Shown: positions 1 through 10,891 of the stretch, in pieces
Layout of the letters: every line of letters begins with the position of its first letter
Numbering within the stretch: position 1 is the stretch's first letter
Assembly: GCA_965200245.1 (NCBI GenBank)
Contig: CBDATS010000004.1
Location: 768,001 to 832,000 of the forward strand
Reading direction: 5' to 3'
Length of the DNA stretch: 64,000 nucleotides
From: a bacterium
GTDB taxonomy: Bacteria; UBA8248
Notes under the pieces: generated by a model
Seen by the model: only the letters and a program-made list of their open reading frames with translations
What the model was told of the DNA's origin: nothing
The model's database searches: none
Position numbers and translations under genes: made by a program

Positions 1-61
1 CCACTACGCCCAGGGAGAAGAGAATCGCGCTCAGAATCAGGTAATGCTCGAGCGGCACCAC
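1..61 (-). CDS. nuoK: NADH-quinone oxidoreductase subunit K (5' part; runs off window start)
   Basis: Manual translation from GTG at 61 gives MVPLEHYLILSAILFSLGVV; AGGAGG RBS upstream; follows nuoJ. Confidence 0.85.
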   Translation of the reverse strand, partial: MVPLEHYLILSAILFSLGVV

Positions 62-73
62 GTCCCATTCCTC

Positions 74-592
74 CTAGCGGCTTCGCCTGCGCGCCAGCAC
101 CACGGCGCCGACGATGCCCACGAACAACAACACGCCCATCGCCTGAAACGGCAGGACGTAATCCGTCAACAGGAGATTTCCGACCACCTGCGTGTTCCCC
201 AGCTCGTCCACCCGCTCGGTCGGGAAACTCCCCTTCCTGCCCGTCATGAGGGAGGTGGAGAGGAATATCTTGAGCAGCACGCTGAAAACCGCGAGCCCCG
301 CTATGGCGCCCAGCATCTTCTGGCCGGGAAGGAGAAGTTCCCTTTTCTCCTCACGGCCCAGGTTGATCAGCATCACCACGAACAGGAAGAGCATCATGAT
401 CGCGCTGGCGTAGATGATCACCTGAACGATGGCGACAAACTGCGCGTGAAGTGAAAGATACAGCCCCGCGAGGCCCAGGAAGGTCAATATCAGGGCGAGC
501 ACGCTGTAGAGCGGACTCGGGAACACGACCACGGCTATCGCGCCTACCGTCGTCACCACCGCCAGGAAATAAAAAAACAGGGACCCGGCCAC
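74..592 (-). CDS. nuoJ: NADH-quinone oxidoreductase subunit J
   Basis: Hydrophobic protein with AQFVAIVQVIIYASAIMMLFLFVVML motif; operon position. Confidence 0.93.
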   Translation of the reverse strand: MAGSLFFYFLAVVTTVGAIAVVVFPSPLYSVLALILTFLGLAGLYLSLHAQFVAIVQVIIYASAIMMLFLFVVMLINLGREEKRELLLPGQKMLGAIAGLAVFSVLLKIFLSTSLMTGRKGSFPTERVDELGNTQVVGNLLLTDYVLPFQAMGVLLFVGIVGAVVLARRRSR

Positions 593-637
593 TACCGCCC
601 TTCCTCCTGCGGGCGGGCGCCCGCTTCAAATCGAATC

Positions 638-1117
638 CTAGACATACGTGAGCAGGTTTTTCTCGTCATAGCGGGCGTGAAGTTCCGGGTGATCCTCGGT
701 GCGCTTCACGAGCAAATCGCCCTTCTCATAGAGGAACTTGCCCCGATCGTCCTGACAGAATTCATACTCGTTGCCCAGCACGATCGCGCCGACCGGACAG
801 GCCTCCTCGCAGTACCCACAGAAGATGCAGCGAAGCTCGTTTATCTCGTATATGCTGGCGTAGCGCTCGCCCTTTGAAGTCGGCGCATCGGGGCTGTTCT
901 CCTCCGATTCCACGTAGATGCAATCCACAGGACACGCAGCCGAGCAGAGTTTGCATCCCACGCAGCGCTCAAGACCATCCTCCCAGCGCAGCAACTTGTG
1001 AAGACCCCGGTAGCCCACGGGCATCTCTTCCTTGATATCGGGGTACTGCACGGTCACGCGGTTTTTGAAGGAATGCCTGAGCGTCAGCCACAACCCCTTG
1101 CAAATCTCACCTAGCAT
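638..1117 (-). CDS. nuoI: NADH-quinone oxidoreductase subunit I
   Basis: Two CxxCxxCxxxCP motifs (CVGCKLCSAACP, CIFCGYCEEACP); TVQYP. Confidence 0.96.
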   Translation of the reverse strand: MLGEICKGLWLTLRHSFKNRVTVQYPDIKEEMPVGYRGLHKLLRWEDGLERCVGCKLCSAACPVDCIYVESEENSPDAPTSKGERYASIYEINELRCIFCGYCEEACPVGAIVLGNEYEFCQDDRGKFLYEKGDLLVKRTEDHPELHARYDEKNLLTYV

Positions 1118-1144
1118 GAAACCTCCCCCCTTTCGATCGGCCCG

Positions 1145-2125
1145 CTAGCCAAGGTAAACGACTGCGCCGGCAGTGAGCATCACGTTCAGGATAGAGAGCG
1201 GCAGAAGCACCTTCCATCCGAAACCCATCAGCTGGTCATAGCGCAGGCGCGGGGTGGATGCGCGCAGCCACATGAAAAAGAACATGAACGCCAGCACCTT
1301 GATCAGGAACCACAGGACGGGCGGCAGCAGCGGTCCGCGCCACCCGCCGAGGAAAAACGTCGCCCCCACCGCCGAGAGCGTGATCATACTGCAGTACTCC
1401 GCGAGAAAGTAGACCGCAAAGTGCATGCTGCTGTACTCGGTATGAAAGCCGCCCGTGAGTTCGCTTTCGGCCTCGGGCAAATCGAACGGCGCCCGGTTCG
1501 TCTCCGCCAGCATGCAGATGACGAAGAGCAGAAAACCCAGGGGCTGCAGGATGATATAGGGCATCCCGGCCTGACCCTCGACGATCTCCTTCAGGCTCAG
1601 GGTACCGGAGATCATCACCACACCCAGAAGCGACATCCCGAGCGAGAGTTCGTAGCTGATGAGCTGCGCTGCCGATCGGAGCCCGCCGAGGAGCGGATAT
1701 TTGCTGTTCGAGGCCCATGAGCCGAGCACGACGCCGTACACCCCGATGCCCGCCATGGCGAAGACGTAGAGGATCCCGACGTTCACGTCCGCCACCACCA
1801 GGTCCACTTTCTGGCCGAGGAAGCTTACGGAATCGCCGAAGGGAACCACGGCGAAGGCGGCCAGTGCCGGGATGAGCGTAATGGCCGGCGCGAGAACGTA
1901 AATCACCTTGTTGGCCTGAGCGGGAATGATGGTTTCCTTGAACATGAGCTTGATGCCGTCGGCGATGGGCTGCAAAAGCCCCGCCGGACCCACGCGGTTG
2001 GGACCCACGCGCACCTGTACGAGCGCGAACACCCGCCGTTCCATCCAGGTCATGTAGGCGGCGAGCAGCAAGAGCCCGCCAAAGCCTACGAGCACTTTTC
2101 CGAGAATGATGAGCAGAGAGACCAT
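1145..2125 (-). CDS. nuoH: NADH-quinone oxidoreductase subunit H
   Basis: [46 protein letters not shown] motifs. Confidence 0.97.
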   Translation of the reverse strand: MVSLLIILGKVLVGFGGLLLLAAYMTWMERRVFALVQVRVGPNRVGPAGLLQPIADGIKLMFKETIIPAQANKVIYVLAPAITLIPALAAFAVVPFGDSVSFLGQKVDLVVADVNVGILYVFAMAGIGVYGVVLGSWASNSKYPLLGGLRSAAQLISYELSLGMSLLGVVMISGTLSLKEIVEGQAGMPYIILQPLGFLLFVICMLAETNRAPFDLPEAESELTGGFHTEYSSMHFAVYFLAEYCSMITLSAVGATFFLGGWRGPLLPPVLWFLIKVLAFMFFFMWLRASTPRLRYDQLMGFGWKVLLPLSILNVMLTAGAVVYLG

Positions 2126-4723
2126 CTAGGCGCCCACCTCCAGGGGGTTCTCTGCCCTGCGGACCTGAATCTCCACACCCTGGCGGCCCGGCGCGCCGCC
2201 GGTATTCAGGAGCGAGTCACCATGCACGCGCAAGCAACCCTCGGGCGCAAAGGCGACACCTGTGGGCACGTTCCTGTCGACGTGCACAGGAAGCCGCACA
2301 ATCTCGCCGCCCACCTCGAATTCCACAGATTCGCCGTCTGCGACGCCCAGTTTTTCTGCGTCACCCGGCGAGAGGGCGAGCGCGGCCTCGGGCATATCGG
2401 CCAGATGACAGGCCGACCCCATATACGCCCCGGAAAGCCACAGGACGGGCGTAAGCAGCATCCTGAGACCCGGCTCCTGCGCCTCTTTTTCGGGAATCTG
2501 CGCGATCTGGAAGGTTCGCACTCCTTCCCGTTCCAGATGCAGACCCTCATCGGATATCCGTCCGAAAGCGTCCGCGTAATCACCGATGAGCGAGCGCGCC
2601 TGAATCTGAATCTTCTCCAGCACATTCGCCCGCAGGGGCCGTTCCATCGCCTTTGCGATATCGACGAAGGCCCGCCAGGCTTCGGGGATCATCTTGTCAA
2701 TCATTGGCTTGAGCGTGCGCGGGAGGGACTGCACCCTGCGTTCCAGGTTCGTGACGCTGCCCGCCTCCTCATAAAGCGTGGGTGCGGGGATCACGACATC
2801 CGCAAATTGCGCGCTTACGTTCAAATGAGACGTCTGCAGGACGACGAAATCGGCCTTTCCGAGCGCCTCGCGCGCTCGCGCACCGTCGGGATGCTCCGCC
2901 GGCGGGTCACAACCCAGAATGTAGAGGCCCTTCACTTCACCGCTGGCGAGGCCATCCAGTATGTCACCCGCGCCCTTGCCGGCTTGCGCGTCGGGTGGCC
3001 TGCCCCACACCTCCCCGCAGACGACGCGCGCAACCTCGTCCGACAACTCACCGCCGGGCAGCATTTCAGGGTGCAGACCCATATCGACCGCCCCCTGGAG
3101 ATTCGGTGCGCCGGTGGCGAAGAGTATGTTGGCGCGCAGCAGGAATCCCAGATTGATCGCCTCCGTTACGGCGACCTTCCCGGTCTCCCCGGGGCCTGAG
3201 ACAACGCTCACGGGGCCTTTTGCCCCCAGAATCGCGCGGGTGGCGTCCATGATGTCCTCGGCCGCCACGTCCGCCTCCTCGCAGAGACGCGTCAGTTCCA
3301 CCGAATCGAGGAGCGCAGCGTACTCCGCCGCGTTCGCTCCTTCCGGCTTCATACCGCCGTCCACGAGGCAGGTCGCCAGTGCGCGCAGCGTACGCGAAAT
3401 ACCGCCCAACACCGGCACCAGGTGATGCGTCCAGCCCTGAACGCGCAGGTCGATACGCCTTTGGTTCACGTTGACGATGACGGCACCTGCCCGGTGCGCC
3501 TTCCTGATCTGAAGCGCGAGTATGGGATGTTGCGTGAACGGGTCGCTGCCCACAATGACGATGGCCTTCGAGCGGCCCAACTCCTCGATGGAACCCGCGC
3601 CGCCCACGCCGCCGAGAGCCGCGCGCTGAACGTCCGTCTGCACAATATCGCGCGGATGAATTCGGCTGTCCACATGGTTGGTTCCCAGAACCGATCGCAT
3701 GAACACGCCGAACTGATAGGCCGTTTCGTTTGTGGAAGAAGCTCCACCCAGGCCGGCGACGGCGCTGCCGCCTGATTTTTCGACGATAGCGCCCAAACCC
3801 CTCGCAGCCTCGCCGACAGCCTCCGCCCAGCCGACAGTCACCAACTCGCCGTCTTTCCGGATCATCGGCTGCGTGATGCGCCCCCCGCCGTGTGCGCCGC
3901 TCCAGCCGAAGCGCGCGACATCACATATCCAGGTGTCGTTCACCCTTTCGTTCTCTGCCGCCGTGACGCGCTTTATCTCGCCGTCCTTCGTCCAGACGCT
4001 CTGGTGGCAACCCACGCTGCACAGCGTGCAGGGACCCCGGGATTCCTCCATCTCCCACACGCGGGCAGTGAAGCGGTACTTGTTGTCCGTGAGCGCACCT
4101 ACGGGGCAGATGTCGATGACGTTGCCCGATACGATGCTTGTAAGCGGAAGATCCTCGAAGATGCCCACCTCGGTCCTGTCGCCACGCTGCGCCCAGCCGA
4201 ACTCCGCACCGCCGTCGATCTCCTCGGTGAAGCGAATGCACCGCGTGCAGTGCACACAGCGGTTCATCTCGGGCTTGATGAAGGGGCTCAACTCCTTGCG
4301 TGGATAGATGCGCCGGAACTCGTGCGTCCTGCTGATCGCCTTGCCGTAGGCCATGGTCTGATCCTGCAGGGGGCACTCACCACCCTGATCGCACACGGGA
4401 CAATCGAGCGGGTGGTTCTTGAGCAGAAACTCGAACACCCCTTCCTGCGCCTCGATGACGCGCGGGGTTACCGAACTGACCACCATGCCCTCCGCCACGG
4501 GCGTGGCGCACGAAGGCTGCAGCTTGGGTATCGGCCTGCCGTTTCCGGCGTCGAGCACCTCGACGAGACATGCCCGGCACTGGCCCACGATGGAGAGGTT
4601 CCTGTGGTAGCAGAAATGCGGAACGTGCGCGCCGATACGAAGCGCGGCCTCCAGCACGGGCAGACCCCTATCCATCGTGACGCTCTGGTCGTTGAATACG
4701 AAGGTTACCTGCTCATTCGACAT
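2126..4723 (-). CDS. nuoG: NADH-quinone oxidoreductase subunit G
   Basis: HFCYH..CRAC, HPLDCPVCDQGGEC, CVHCTRC..CP and CTLCSVGC..C Fe-S motifs; molybdopterin-oxidoreductase-like C-terminal region. Confidence 0.96.
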   Translation of the reverse strand: MSNEQVTFVFNDQSVTMDRGLPVLEAALRIGAHVPHFCYHRNLSIVGQCRACLVEVLDAGNGRPIPKLQPSCATPVAEGMVVSSVTPRVIEAQEGVFEFLLKNHPLDCPVCDQGGECPLQDQTMAYGKAISRTHEFRRIYPRKELSPFIKPEMNRCVHCTRCIRFTEEIDGGAEFGWAQRGDRTEVGIFEDLPLTSIVSGNVIDICPVGALTDNKYRFTARVWEMEESRGPCTLCSVGCHQSVWTKDGEIKRVTAAENERVNDTWICDVARFGWSGAHGGGRITQPMIRKDGELVTVGWAEAVGEAARGLGAIVEKSGGSAVAGLGGASSTNETAYQFGVFMRSVLGTNHVDSRIHPRDIVQTDVQRAALGGVGGAGSIEELGRSKAIVIVGSDPFTQHPILALQIRKAHRAGAVIVNVNQRRIDLRVQGWTHHLVPVLGGISRTLRALATCLVDGGMKPEGANAAEYAALLDSVELTRLCEEADVAAEDIMDATRAILGAKGPVSVVSGPGETGKVAVTEAINLGFLLRANILFATGAPNLQGAVDMGLHPEMLPGGELSDEVARVVCGEVWGRPPDAQAGKGAGDILDGLASGEVKGLYILGCDPPAEHPDGARAREALGKADFVVLQTSHLNVSAQFADVVIPAPTLYEEAGSVTNLERRVQSLPRTLKPMIDKMIPEAWRAFVDIAKAMERPLRANVLEKIQIQARSLIGDYADAFGRISDEGLHLEREGVRTFQIAQIPEKEAQEPGLRMLLTPVLWLSGAYMGSACHLADMPEAALALSPGDAEKLGVADGESVEFEVGGEIVRLPVHVDRNVPTGVAFAPEGCLRVHGDSLLNTGGAPGRQGVEIQVRRAENPLEVGA

Positions 4724-4740
4724 CTATCGCCTCTTCCCTG

Positions 4741-6045
4741 TCACACCGTGGAGGGATACGGGCTGCCCAGCGGGCAGCGGCCCAGAGTATTGTGCGCTTC
4801 GAACTCGTCGTGGAATTTCGTCAGGAACGCGCCGAACATCATGGCGCACGCGTCCGAGAGCACGCAGATGGTGTTGCCGCGCATGTTGGGGTCTATCGAC
4901 GCGAGGGTTTCCAGATCATCGGGTTTGCCCTCGCCCTTCTCGATGCGTGCCAGAATCTCGGACACCCAGCCGGTTCCCTCCCGGCAGACCGAGCACTGCC
5001 CGCAGGATTCGTGTTCAAAAAAGGCGGCAAGCCTGCCCGCGGCCTGCACCATGCACGTCGTCTCGTCCATGACAATGACCCCGCCGCTTCCGCCCATGCT
5101 GCCCGCACGGGCCAAAGAATCGAAATCCATCGTCACCCTGTCCTCGTAAACTTCCTTCGCGGTGAGGACAGGCGCGCTCGCGCCACCGGGAATCACTGCT
5201 TTCAGGGCCGCGCCGTTTCGCATGCCGCCACAGTGTTCGTGAATCATCTCCTCGCAAGTGAGACCGAGCGGCAACTCGTAAAGGCCCGGCTTCGTCACGT
5301 GGCCCGAAACACAGTACATACGGGTGCCCGCGTTCTTCTCGTCGATTCCGATGCCCGCGAACCATTCCGCTCCTCTGTTCACGATGTGGGGGAGATTCGC
5401 GAGTGTCTCCACGTTGTTGATGACCGTGGGTCGCGCATAGAGGCCCACCACGGCCGGAAACGGCGGTTTGAGACGCGGGTGGCCGCGCTTGCCCTCGAGC
5501 GACTCCAGAAGACCCGTCTCCTCGCCGCAGATGTAGGCGCCTGCCCCCCTGTGGGTGTAGATATCGCATGAAAATCCGCTGCCCATGATGTTCCGGCCCG
5601 CGTAGCCCTTCCCGTAGGCCTCGGCCAGCGCCTTCTCCACAACACGCCAGGGGGCGACGAACTCTCCCCGAATGTAGATATAGGCCTTCTCGATGCCCAC
5701 GGCGTAGCACGCGATGAGAATGCCTTCGATGAGCTGGTGCGGGTCGCGCAGCATGAGTTCGCGGTCCTTGAACGTGCCGGGTTCTCCCTCGTCCGCGTTG
5801 ACGGCCAGGTATTTCGGCCCCTCCACCTGGGGAACGAAACTCCACTTGAGGCCACAGGGGAACCCCGCGCCACCGCGCCCTCGCAGGCCCGAGGCTTTCA
5901 CCATTTCGATGACGTCTGCGGGTTCGACACCGCCCAGGAGCCTGCGTATTGCCTCGTAGCCGCCCGATGCCTCATAGCCAGCGATATGGGGCGCATCGGG
6001 GTTATCGAACCGGCCCGTAACAATTTTCTCCAGCACCAGCGCCAT
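4741..6045 (-). CDS. nuoF: NADH-quinone oxidoreductase subunit F
   Basis: GLRGRGGAGFP, NADEGEPGTFKDR, GAGAYICGEETGL, ESCGQCSVCREG. Confidence 0.97.
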   Translation of the reverse strand: MALVLEKIVTGRFDNPDAPHIAGYEASGGYEAIRRLLGGVEPADVIEMVKASGLRGRGGAGFPCGLKWSFVPQVEGPKYLAVNADEGEPGTFKDRELMLRDPHQLIEGILIACYAVGIEKAYIYIRGEFVAPWRVVEKALAEAYGKGYAGRNIMGSGFSCDIYTHRGAGAYICGEETGLLESLEGKRGHPRLKPPFPAVVGLYARPTVINNVETLANLPHIVNRGAEWFAGIGIDEKNAGTRMYCVSGHVTKPGLYELPLGLTCEEMIHEHCGGMRNGAALKAVIPGGASAPVLTAKEVYEDRVTMDFDSLARAGSMGGSGGVIVMDETTCMVQAAGRLAAFFEHESCGQCSVCREGTGWVSEILARIEKGEGKPDDLETLASIDPNMRGNTICVLSDACAMMFGAFLTKFHDEFEAHNTLGRCPLGSPYPSTV

Positions 6046-6055
6046 TTTCGGATCC

Positions 6056-6655
6056 TCAGTCCTGGCCTTCGCCGTGCGTTTCCCTGGTACCCGCCAGTGC
6101 GGGTGATACCACCTCGTCCGCTCCGATGGGAGAGACCGTCTCGCCCTTTTCCAGTGCGGTCAGGATATCATTCATGATCTCCGGCGTTACACGCTCGAAG
6201 TAGTCTTCGTTTACCTGCACGCAGGGAGCACCTCCGCACGCGCCGAGGCATTCAACCGCCTCTATCGAGAACTTCCCGTCCTGGCGCGTTTGGCCCGTGC
6301 GGCAATCGAGTCGGTTCTCTATCTCGCGCAACAGCCTGCCCGCCCCCATCAAGGAACACGATAGGTTGTTGCATACCTGCACATGGAATTCGCCGATGGG
6401 CTGCGTCTTGAGCATGGTGTAGAAGCTCACCACGCTCCATACCTCCATGGCGGAGACCTCGAAAATCCCGGCCACATGCTGCATTGCCGCACTGGTGATG
6501 TAACCCGCCTGCTTCTGGGCCAGTTGAAGAGCGGGGATGAGAGCTGATCGTTTCACCGGATATTTGGCGATGATGCGTTCCAGTTCCGCTCGGTTCTCTG
6601 GCGAGAACTCGAAATGCTCTTCCTGCCCGGAATGGGGAAACCGTATCAACGCCAA
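6056..6655 (-). CDS. nuoE: NADH-quinone oxidoreductase subunit E
   Basis: CNNLSC and ECLGAC 2Fe-2S ligands; TTG start. Confidence 0.95.
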   Translation of the reverse strand: MALIRFPHSGQEEHFEFSPENRAELERIIAKYPVKRSALIPALQLAQKQAGYITSAAMQHVAGIFEVSAMEVWSVVSFYTMLKTQPIGEFHVQVCNNLSCSLMGAGRLLREIENRLDCRTGQTRQDGKFSIEAVECLGACGGAPCVQVNEDYFERVTPEIMNDILTALEKGETVSPIGADEVVSPALAGTRETHGEGQD

Positions 6656-6681
6656 AACAGTACCGCCTTCTCTGTTTCCTC

Positions 6682-7905
6682 TCAGCGATCTATCTCGCCC
6701 AGCACGATGTCGATGCTGCCAATGGCGGCCACGACATCGCCCATCAGACCGCCCCGGGTGATGTCGGGCAGCGCGTGAAGATTCGCAAAACTGGGCGCGC
6801 GCACTTTTACCTTATAAGGACCCGGGCTGCCATCGCTGATGATGTAATAGCCGAGTTCCCCCCGGGGGGACTCGATAGCACAGTACACCTCGCCCTCGGG
6901 CACGCTGTAGCCCTCGGTGAATATCTTGAAGTGGTGGATCAGCGCCTCCATGTCATGGGCCAACTGCTCCTTGGGCGGCGGGACCACCTTGGGATTGTCC
7001 GCCATGAGGGGTCCCTCGGGCATGCCCTCGAGCGCCTGCATGGCGATGCGCCGGGACTCGCGCATCTCGGCGACGCGCACCAGATATCTGTCGAGAATGT
7101 CGCCCCGCTCGCCCACGGGAACCTCGAAGTCGAATTCCTCATAGCCCGAGTAGGGCTCGTTCTTGCGGATGTCGTAGGGGACACCGCAGGCTCTGAGCAA
7201 GGGACCCGTGATCCCCAGGGCGCAGGCCTGCTCGACCGTCATGGCGCACACGCCCTCCGCGCGCCTTCGATAGATGGGGTTGTTGGTGAGGAGTTCCTCA
7301 TACTCGTCCACGCGATCAGAGAAGGGCTCCAGAAAATTCCGGCAATCCTCATAAAACGCCGCGTATGGTTCGCGTGCCACGCCGCCCACACGGAAATAGC
7401 TGGTCATCATGCGCACGCCCGAGACCTTCTCGAAAATCTTGAGTAACTGTTCGCGCTCCCTGAAGCAATAGAGAAAGACCGTCATCGCGCCCAGATCAAG
7501 TGCGTGTGTACCGAGCCAGACCAGGTGGCTGTTCAGGCGTGTCATCTCGGCGAGCAACACGCGCAAATACCTGCAGCGCCGGGGAACCTCCATGTCCAGG
7601 AGTTTCTCCACCGCCAGCACGAAACCCAGGTTGTTCGACATGGGTGCCAGATAATCCATGCGGTCGGTCATGGGGAGCGCCTTGTTGTAGGTCTTCTCCT
7701 CCATGTTCTTCTCGATACCGGTGTGCAGGTAACCGATGATGGGCTTGCACGTGAGCACCGTCTCGCCGTCGAGTTCGAGCACCACGCGCAAAACCCCGTG
7801 TGTGCTCGGGTGCTGCGGCCCCATGTTGAGCGTCATGGTCTCGGCCTGGATGGGACCGAGCATGTCGCTGTCGAGGGGGTCCGTGCGCCGGGAATCCGTT
7901 ACCAT
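6682..7905 (-). CDS. nuoD: NADH-quinone oxidoreductase subunit D
   Basis: NMGPQHPSTHGVLR, IGYLHTGIEK, C-terminal GEIDR. Confidence 0.97.
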   Translation of the reverse strand: MVTDSRRTDPLDSDMLGPIQAETMTLNMGPQHPSTHGVLRVVLELDGETVLTCKPIIGYLHTGIEKNMEEKTYNKALPMTDRMDYLAPMSNNLGFVLAVEKLLDMEVPRRCRYLRVLLAEMTRLNSHLVWLGTHALDLGAMTVFLYCFREREQLLKIFEKVSGVRMMTSYFRVGGVAREPYAAFYEDCRNFLEPFSDRVDEYEELLTNNPIYRRRAEGVCAMTVEQACALGITGPLLRACGVPYDIRKNEPYSGYEEFDFEVPVGERGDILDRYLVRVAEMRESRRIAMQALEGMPEGPLMADNPKVVPPPKEQLAHDMEALIHHFKIFTEGYSVPEGEVYCAIESPRGELGYYIISDGSPGPYKVKVRAPSFANLHALPDITRGGLMGDVVAAIGSIDIVLGEIDR

Positions 7906-7923
7906 CGATAGCCCTCGTAATCC

Positions 7924-8484
7924 TTATTCCACCGCCCGGGGCTTGCCCGCGGGGGTATTCCGGAAGGTGAACGCCACCGGCTCGGCGGAGATATCAAAAT
8001 CCTTGCGGTGGGGATGTCCCTCGAAGCCATCGGGCGTAAGGATACGCTCGAGTTCGGGGTGTCCCTCGAAAGTAATTCCCAAAAGGTCGTACGCCTCGCT
8101 CTCATGGAGTCTGGCGCCGGGCCATATCCCGCAGACGCTGGGCATTTTCGGCTCCAGATCGTCCGCGCAGGGAACTTCCAGGCGCAGGCGCCGTGACTTC
8201 TCGGGATTCAGGAGCGAATACGTCACCTTGAACCGGTAGGAAACCGGCAATTCCAGACAATCCACCCCGCAGACGAAGCTCAACAGCCTGTAACCTCTCT
8301 CATCGCGCAAAAAGCTGGCCGCGTCGAGCAAGGCTTCCGGCGAGACCTGCGCGGAAATCTGGCCGCGATGCTCGCGCGCGCCGAGAAAGCCGCCCCCAAT
8401 CTTCGCCTGAAGCAGGACAAGGTCCGGTTCCGTCTTCTCGATGGGCTCCGCCGTCCCTGCCTGCTCGCGCTCCCCTTCACTCAA
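7924..8484 (-). CDS. nuoC: NADH-quinone oxidoreductase subunit C
   Basis: ESEAYDLLGITFEGHPELERIL and GHPHRKDF motifs. Confidence 0.93.
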   Translation of the reverse strand: MSEGEREQAGTAEPIEKTEPDLVLLQAKIGGGFLGAREHRGQISAQVSPEALLDAASFLRDERGYRLLSFVCGVDCLELPVSYRFKVTYSLLNPEKSRRLRLEVPCADDLEPKMPSVCGIWPGARLHESEAYDLLGITFEGHPELERILTPDGFEGHPHRKDFDISAEPVAFTFRNTPAGKPRAVE

Positions 8485-8594
8485 CGGCTCAATCCCTCAA
8501 TCAGCAAAGGTGTGTTCATTTCAAGAAAAACGCTCACCCGGGCTTCGCTTCGACTTTCGAAACTCACACGGCGCGGGAAGCTTTCTCACGTTAT

Positions 8595-9092
8595 CTATAG
8601 CGAGGTGACGCCGGAATCCTCTCGGTAGAGCGTTTCATCCGCAATCTTCGCCTGAAGCTTCATGATTCCGTCGATGAGCGTTTCGGGACGCGGCGGACAG
8701 CCCGGCACATAGATATCAACGGGGACTACCTCGTCCACACCCTGTACGAGGGCGTAGTTGTTGAATATCCCGCCCGTGGAAGCGCACGCACCCATGGAAA
8801 TCACCCATTTCGGATCAGGCATCTGATCGTATATCTGCCGCAGCACGGGCGCCATCTTGCGCGACACCCTGCCCGCCACGATCATCAGGTCCGCCTGGCG
8901 CGGCGACGCGCGGAACACCTCGGCACCGAAACGCGATATGTCATATTTTGCCGCCGAAGTCGACATCATCTCGATGGCGCAGCACGCCAGGCCGAAAAGC
9001 GCGGGCCAAAGGCTGTTCTTGCGGGCCCATTTGATGACGTCGGTCGCGCGGCCCAGTACCACCTGGCCCTCGAGTTGCTGTTCTAGTCCCAT
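8595..9092 (-). CDS. nuoB: NADH-quinone oxidoreductase subunit B
   Basis: [25 protein letters not shown]; start reset to ATG at 9092 (MGLEQQ), which overlaps the nuoA stop region. Confidence 0.96.
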   Translation of the reverse strand: MGLEQQLEGQVVLGRATDVIKWARKNSLWPALFGLACCAIEMMSTSAAKYDISRFGAEVFRASPRQADLMIVAGRVSRKMAPVLRQIYDQMPDPKWVISMGACASTGGIFNNYALVQGVDEVVPVDIYVPGCPPRPETLIDGIMKLQAKIADETLYREDSGVTSL

Positions 9093-9439
9093 TCGAGTGC
9101 TCCCCGGCGCCACTCGTAGATCAGGCTGGCCACCAGCAAAGCCATGAAAGGCAAGATGGCGAGAAATCCGTATACGCCGAGACTTTTCAGGTTCACCGCC
9201 CACGGATAGAGGAAGATAGTCTCCACGTCGAAGACGATGAACAGTATCGCCACAAGAAAGAATTTCACGCTGAAACGGCCGCGCGCGTTCGACTGCGGCA
9301 CAATGCCGCACTCATAGGCGAAGTCCTTCTCCACCGTGGACTTGCGCCTGCCGAGCAGAAACGTCACGCCCAGATTCATAATGGCGAACCCGACAGCCAG
9401 CGCTATCAGAATCAATATGGGCACATACTCTTCCGGCAT
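9083..9439 (-). CDS. nuoA: NADH-quinone oxidoreductase subunit A
   Basis: YECG and [12 protein letters not shown] motifs; start reset to ATG at 9439 (MPEEY). Confidence 0.95.
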   Translation of the reverse strand: MPEEYVPILILIALAVGFAIMNLGVTFLLGRRKSTVEKDFAYECGIVPQSNARGRFSVKFFLVAILFIVFDVETIFLYPWAVNLKSLGVYGFLAILPFMALLVASLIYEWRRGALEWD

Positions 9440-9748
9440 TTTCCGCCCCCACGGCGCCCGCAAGCGCTCTCCCGGCCATATTGCTGAGGATATCAAACCG
9501 AACGCATCTTACGGCTGGCATCCCATGGTGTCAACAATTCCAGCCGCCATGCGCCCTGTCCCGCAAAACACGGCCCGGCCAAAGGGGCTCTCATCACGCA
9601 CCTTCAACAGCTTACAGGCATTTTTATATTTTCTCGTCCGGGGAAATGGGGTATTTTGCATTGTTGCTACCTGTCGCCGGGAAGAGTGGCGCAACCTGCC
9701 CGGACACCTGAAGCGTCGTATCGCCGTGCGGACGTGAGGATCTGAGCC

Positions 9749-10879
9749 ATGAACGAACCGAATCCGATAATCAAGGCGCGCCTCAACGCCCTGAGACACG
9801 ATTTCGAGGAGTTGGCACCGTTCCAGGTGGGCTATCCCTGCAACCAGGATTTCAATTATTCGGATTTGATGCCCTTTCTGGAATACACCTTCAACAATGT
9901 GGGCGACCCTTTTCACGACAGCAATTTCCGCAGCAACACGCACGATGTGGAGCGTGAGGTCATCGCCCGGTTCGCTTCCCTGATGCATCTCGAACAGGAG
10001 CAGAGTTGGGGCTACGTCACCTCCGGGGGAACCGAGGGCAACATGTACGGCATTTATATGGGGCGCGAACTTTTCCCGAACGGCATGGTCTATTTCTCCC
10101 AGGACACACACTACAGCGTCCTCAAGATCCTGCGCGTCCTGAACGTGCGCAACATCATGATCAAAAGCCAGGAGAACGGAGAGATCGACTACGAGGATCT
10201 CCGCGAGACCATCCGTATCCACCGTGACGTTCCTGTCATCCTCATGGCGAACATCGGCACGACGATGAAAGGCGCCGTGGACAACATGGACAAGGTGCGG
10301 GACATTCTGGATGACCTGGCGATCACGAACGCCTACATCCACGCAGACGCTGCCCTGAGCGGCATGATTCTGCCCTTCGTAGAGGATCCGCAACCCTACG
10401 GGTTCAACGCGGGCTTCGACAGCGTCTCCATCAGCGGCCACAAGCTTATCGGCTGTCCACTGCCCTGCGGCGTCGTGCTGACGAGGCGCGATTACGTGGC
10501 GCGCATCGCCCGTTCGATAGAATACGTGGGCGTGCTAGACACCACGCTGTCCGGCTCGCGCAACGCGCTGACGCCGCTTATGCTCTGGTACGCCCTCGAG
10601 CGCTACGGGATGGACGGATTCAGTGAACTCGTGAAGGGGATGCTGGCGGTCGCCGAATACGCGGTCGAGCGCTTCCAGGAGTTCGGGGTCCCCGCATGGC
10701 GCAACAGGAACTCGGTGACTGTCGTCTTCCCCAGGCCTCCGAGCGAGGTATCGCGCAAGTGGCAAATCGCCCCGCTGGGAGACATCGCCCACCTCATCAC
10801 CATGCCGCACGTCACGCGCGGGATGATCAACGAGTTCGTCGACGACTACGTGAAGCAAAAGCACAGGCAAACTGCCTGA
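9749..10879 (+). CDS. PLP-dependent histidine decarboxylase / serine decarboxylase-like group II decarboxylase
   Basis: GYPCN, NNVGDPF, WGYVTSGGTEGNMYG, THYS, HADAALSG and SGHK (PLP lysine) motifs. Confidence 0.85.
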   Translation: MNEPNPIIKARLNALRHDFEELAPFQVGYPCNQDFNYSDLMPFLEYTFNNVGDPFHDSNFRSNTHDVEREVIARFASLMHLEQEQSWGYVTSGGTEGNMYGIYMGRELFPNGMVYFSQDTHYSVLKILRVLNVRNIMIKSQENGEIDYEDLRETIRIHRDVPVILMANIGTTMKGAVDNMDKVRDILDDLAITNAYIHADAALSGMILPFVEDPQPYGFNAGFDSVSISGHKLIGCPLPCGVVLTRRDYVARIARSIEYVGVLDTTLSGSRNALTPLMLWYALERYGMDGFSELVKGMLAVAEYAVERFQEFGVPAWRNRNSVTVVFPRPPSEVSRKWQIAPLGDIAHLITMPHVTRGMINEFVDDYVKQKHRQTA

Positions 10880-10891
10880 GGAGGTTGCCGG

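Noticed and set aside
9093-9496. N-terminal extensions of nuoB and nuoA in the ORF track
   Set aside because: They overlap neighbouring genes or the promoter region; downstream ATGs give normal lengths.
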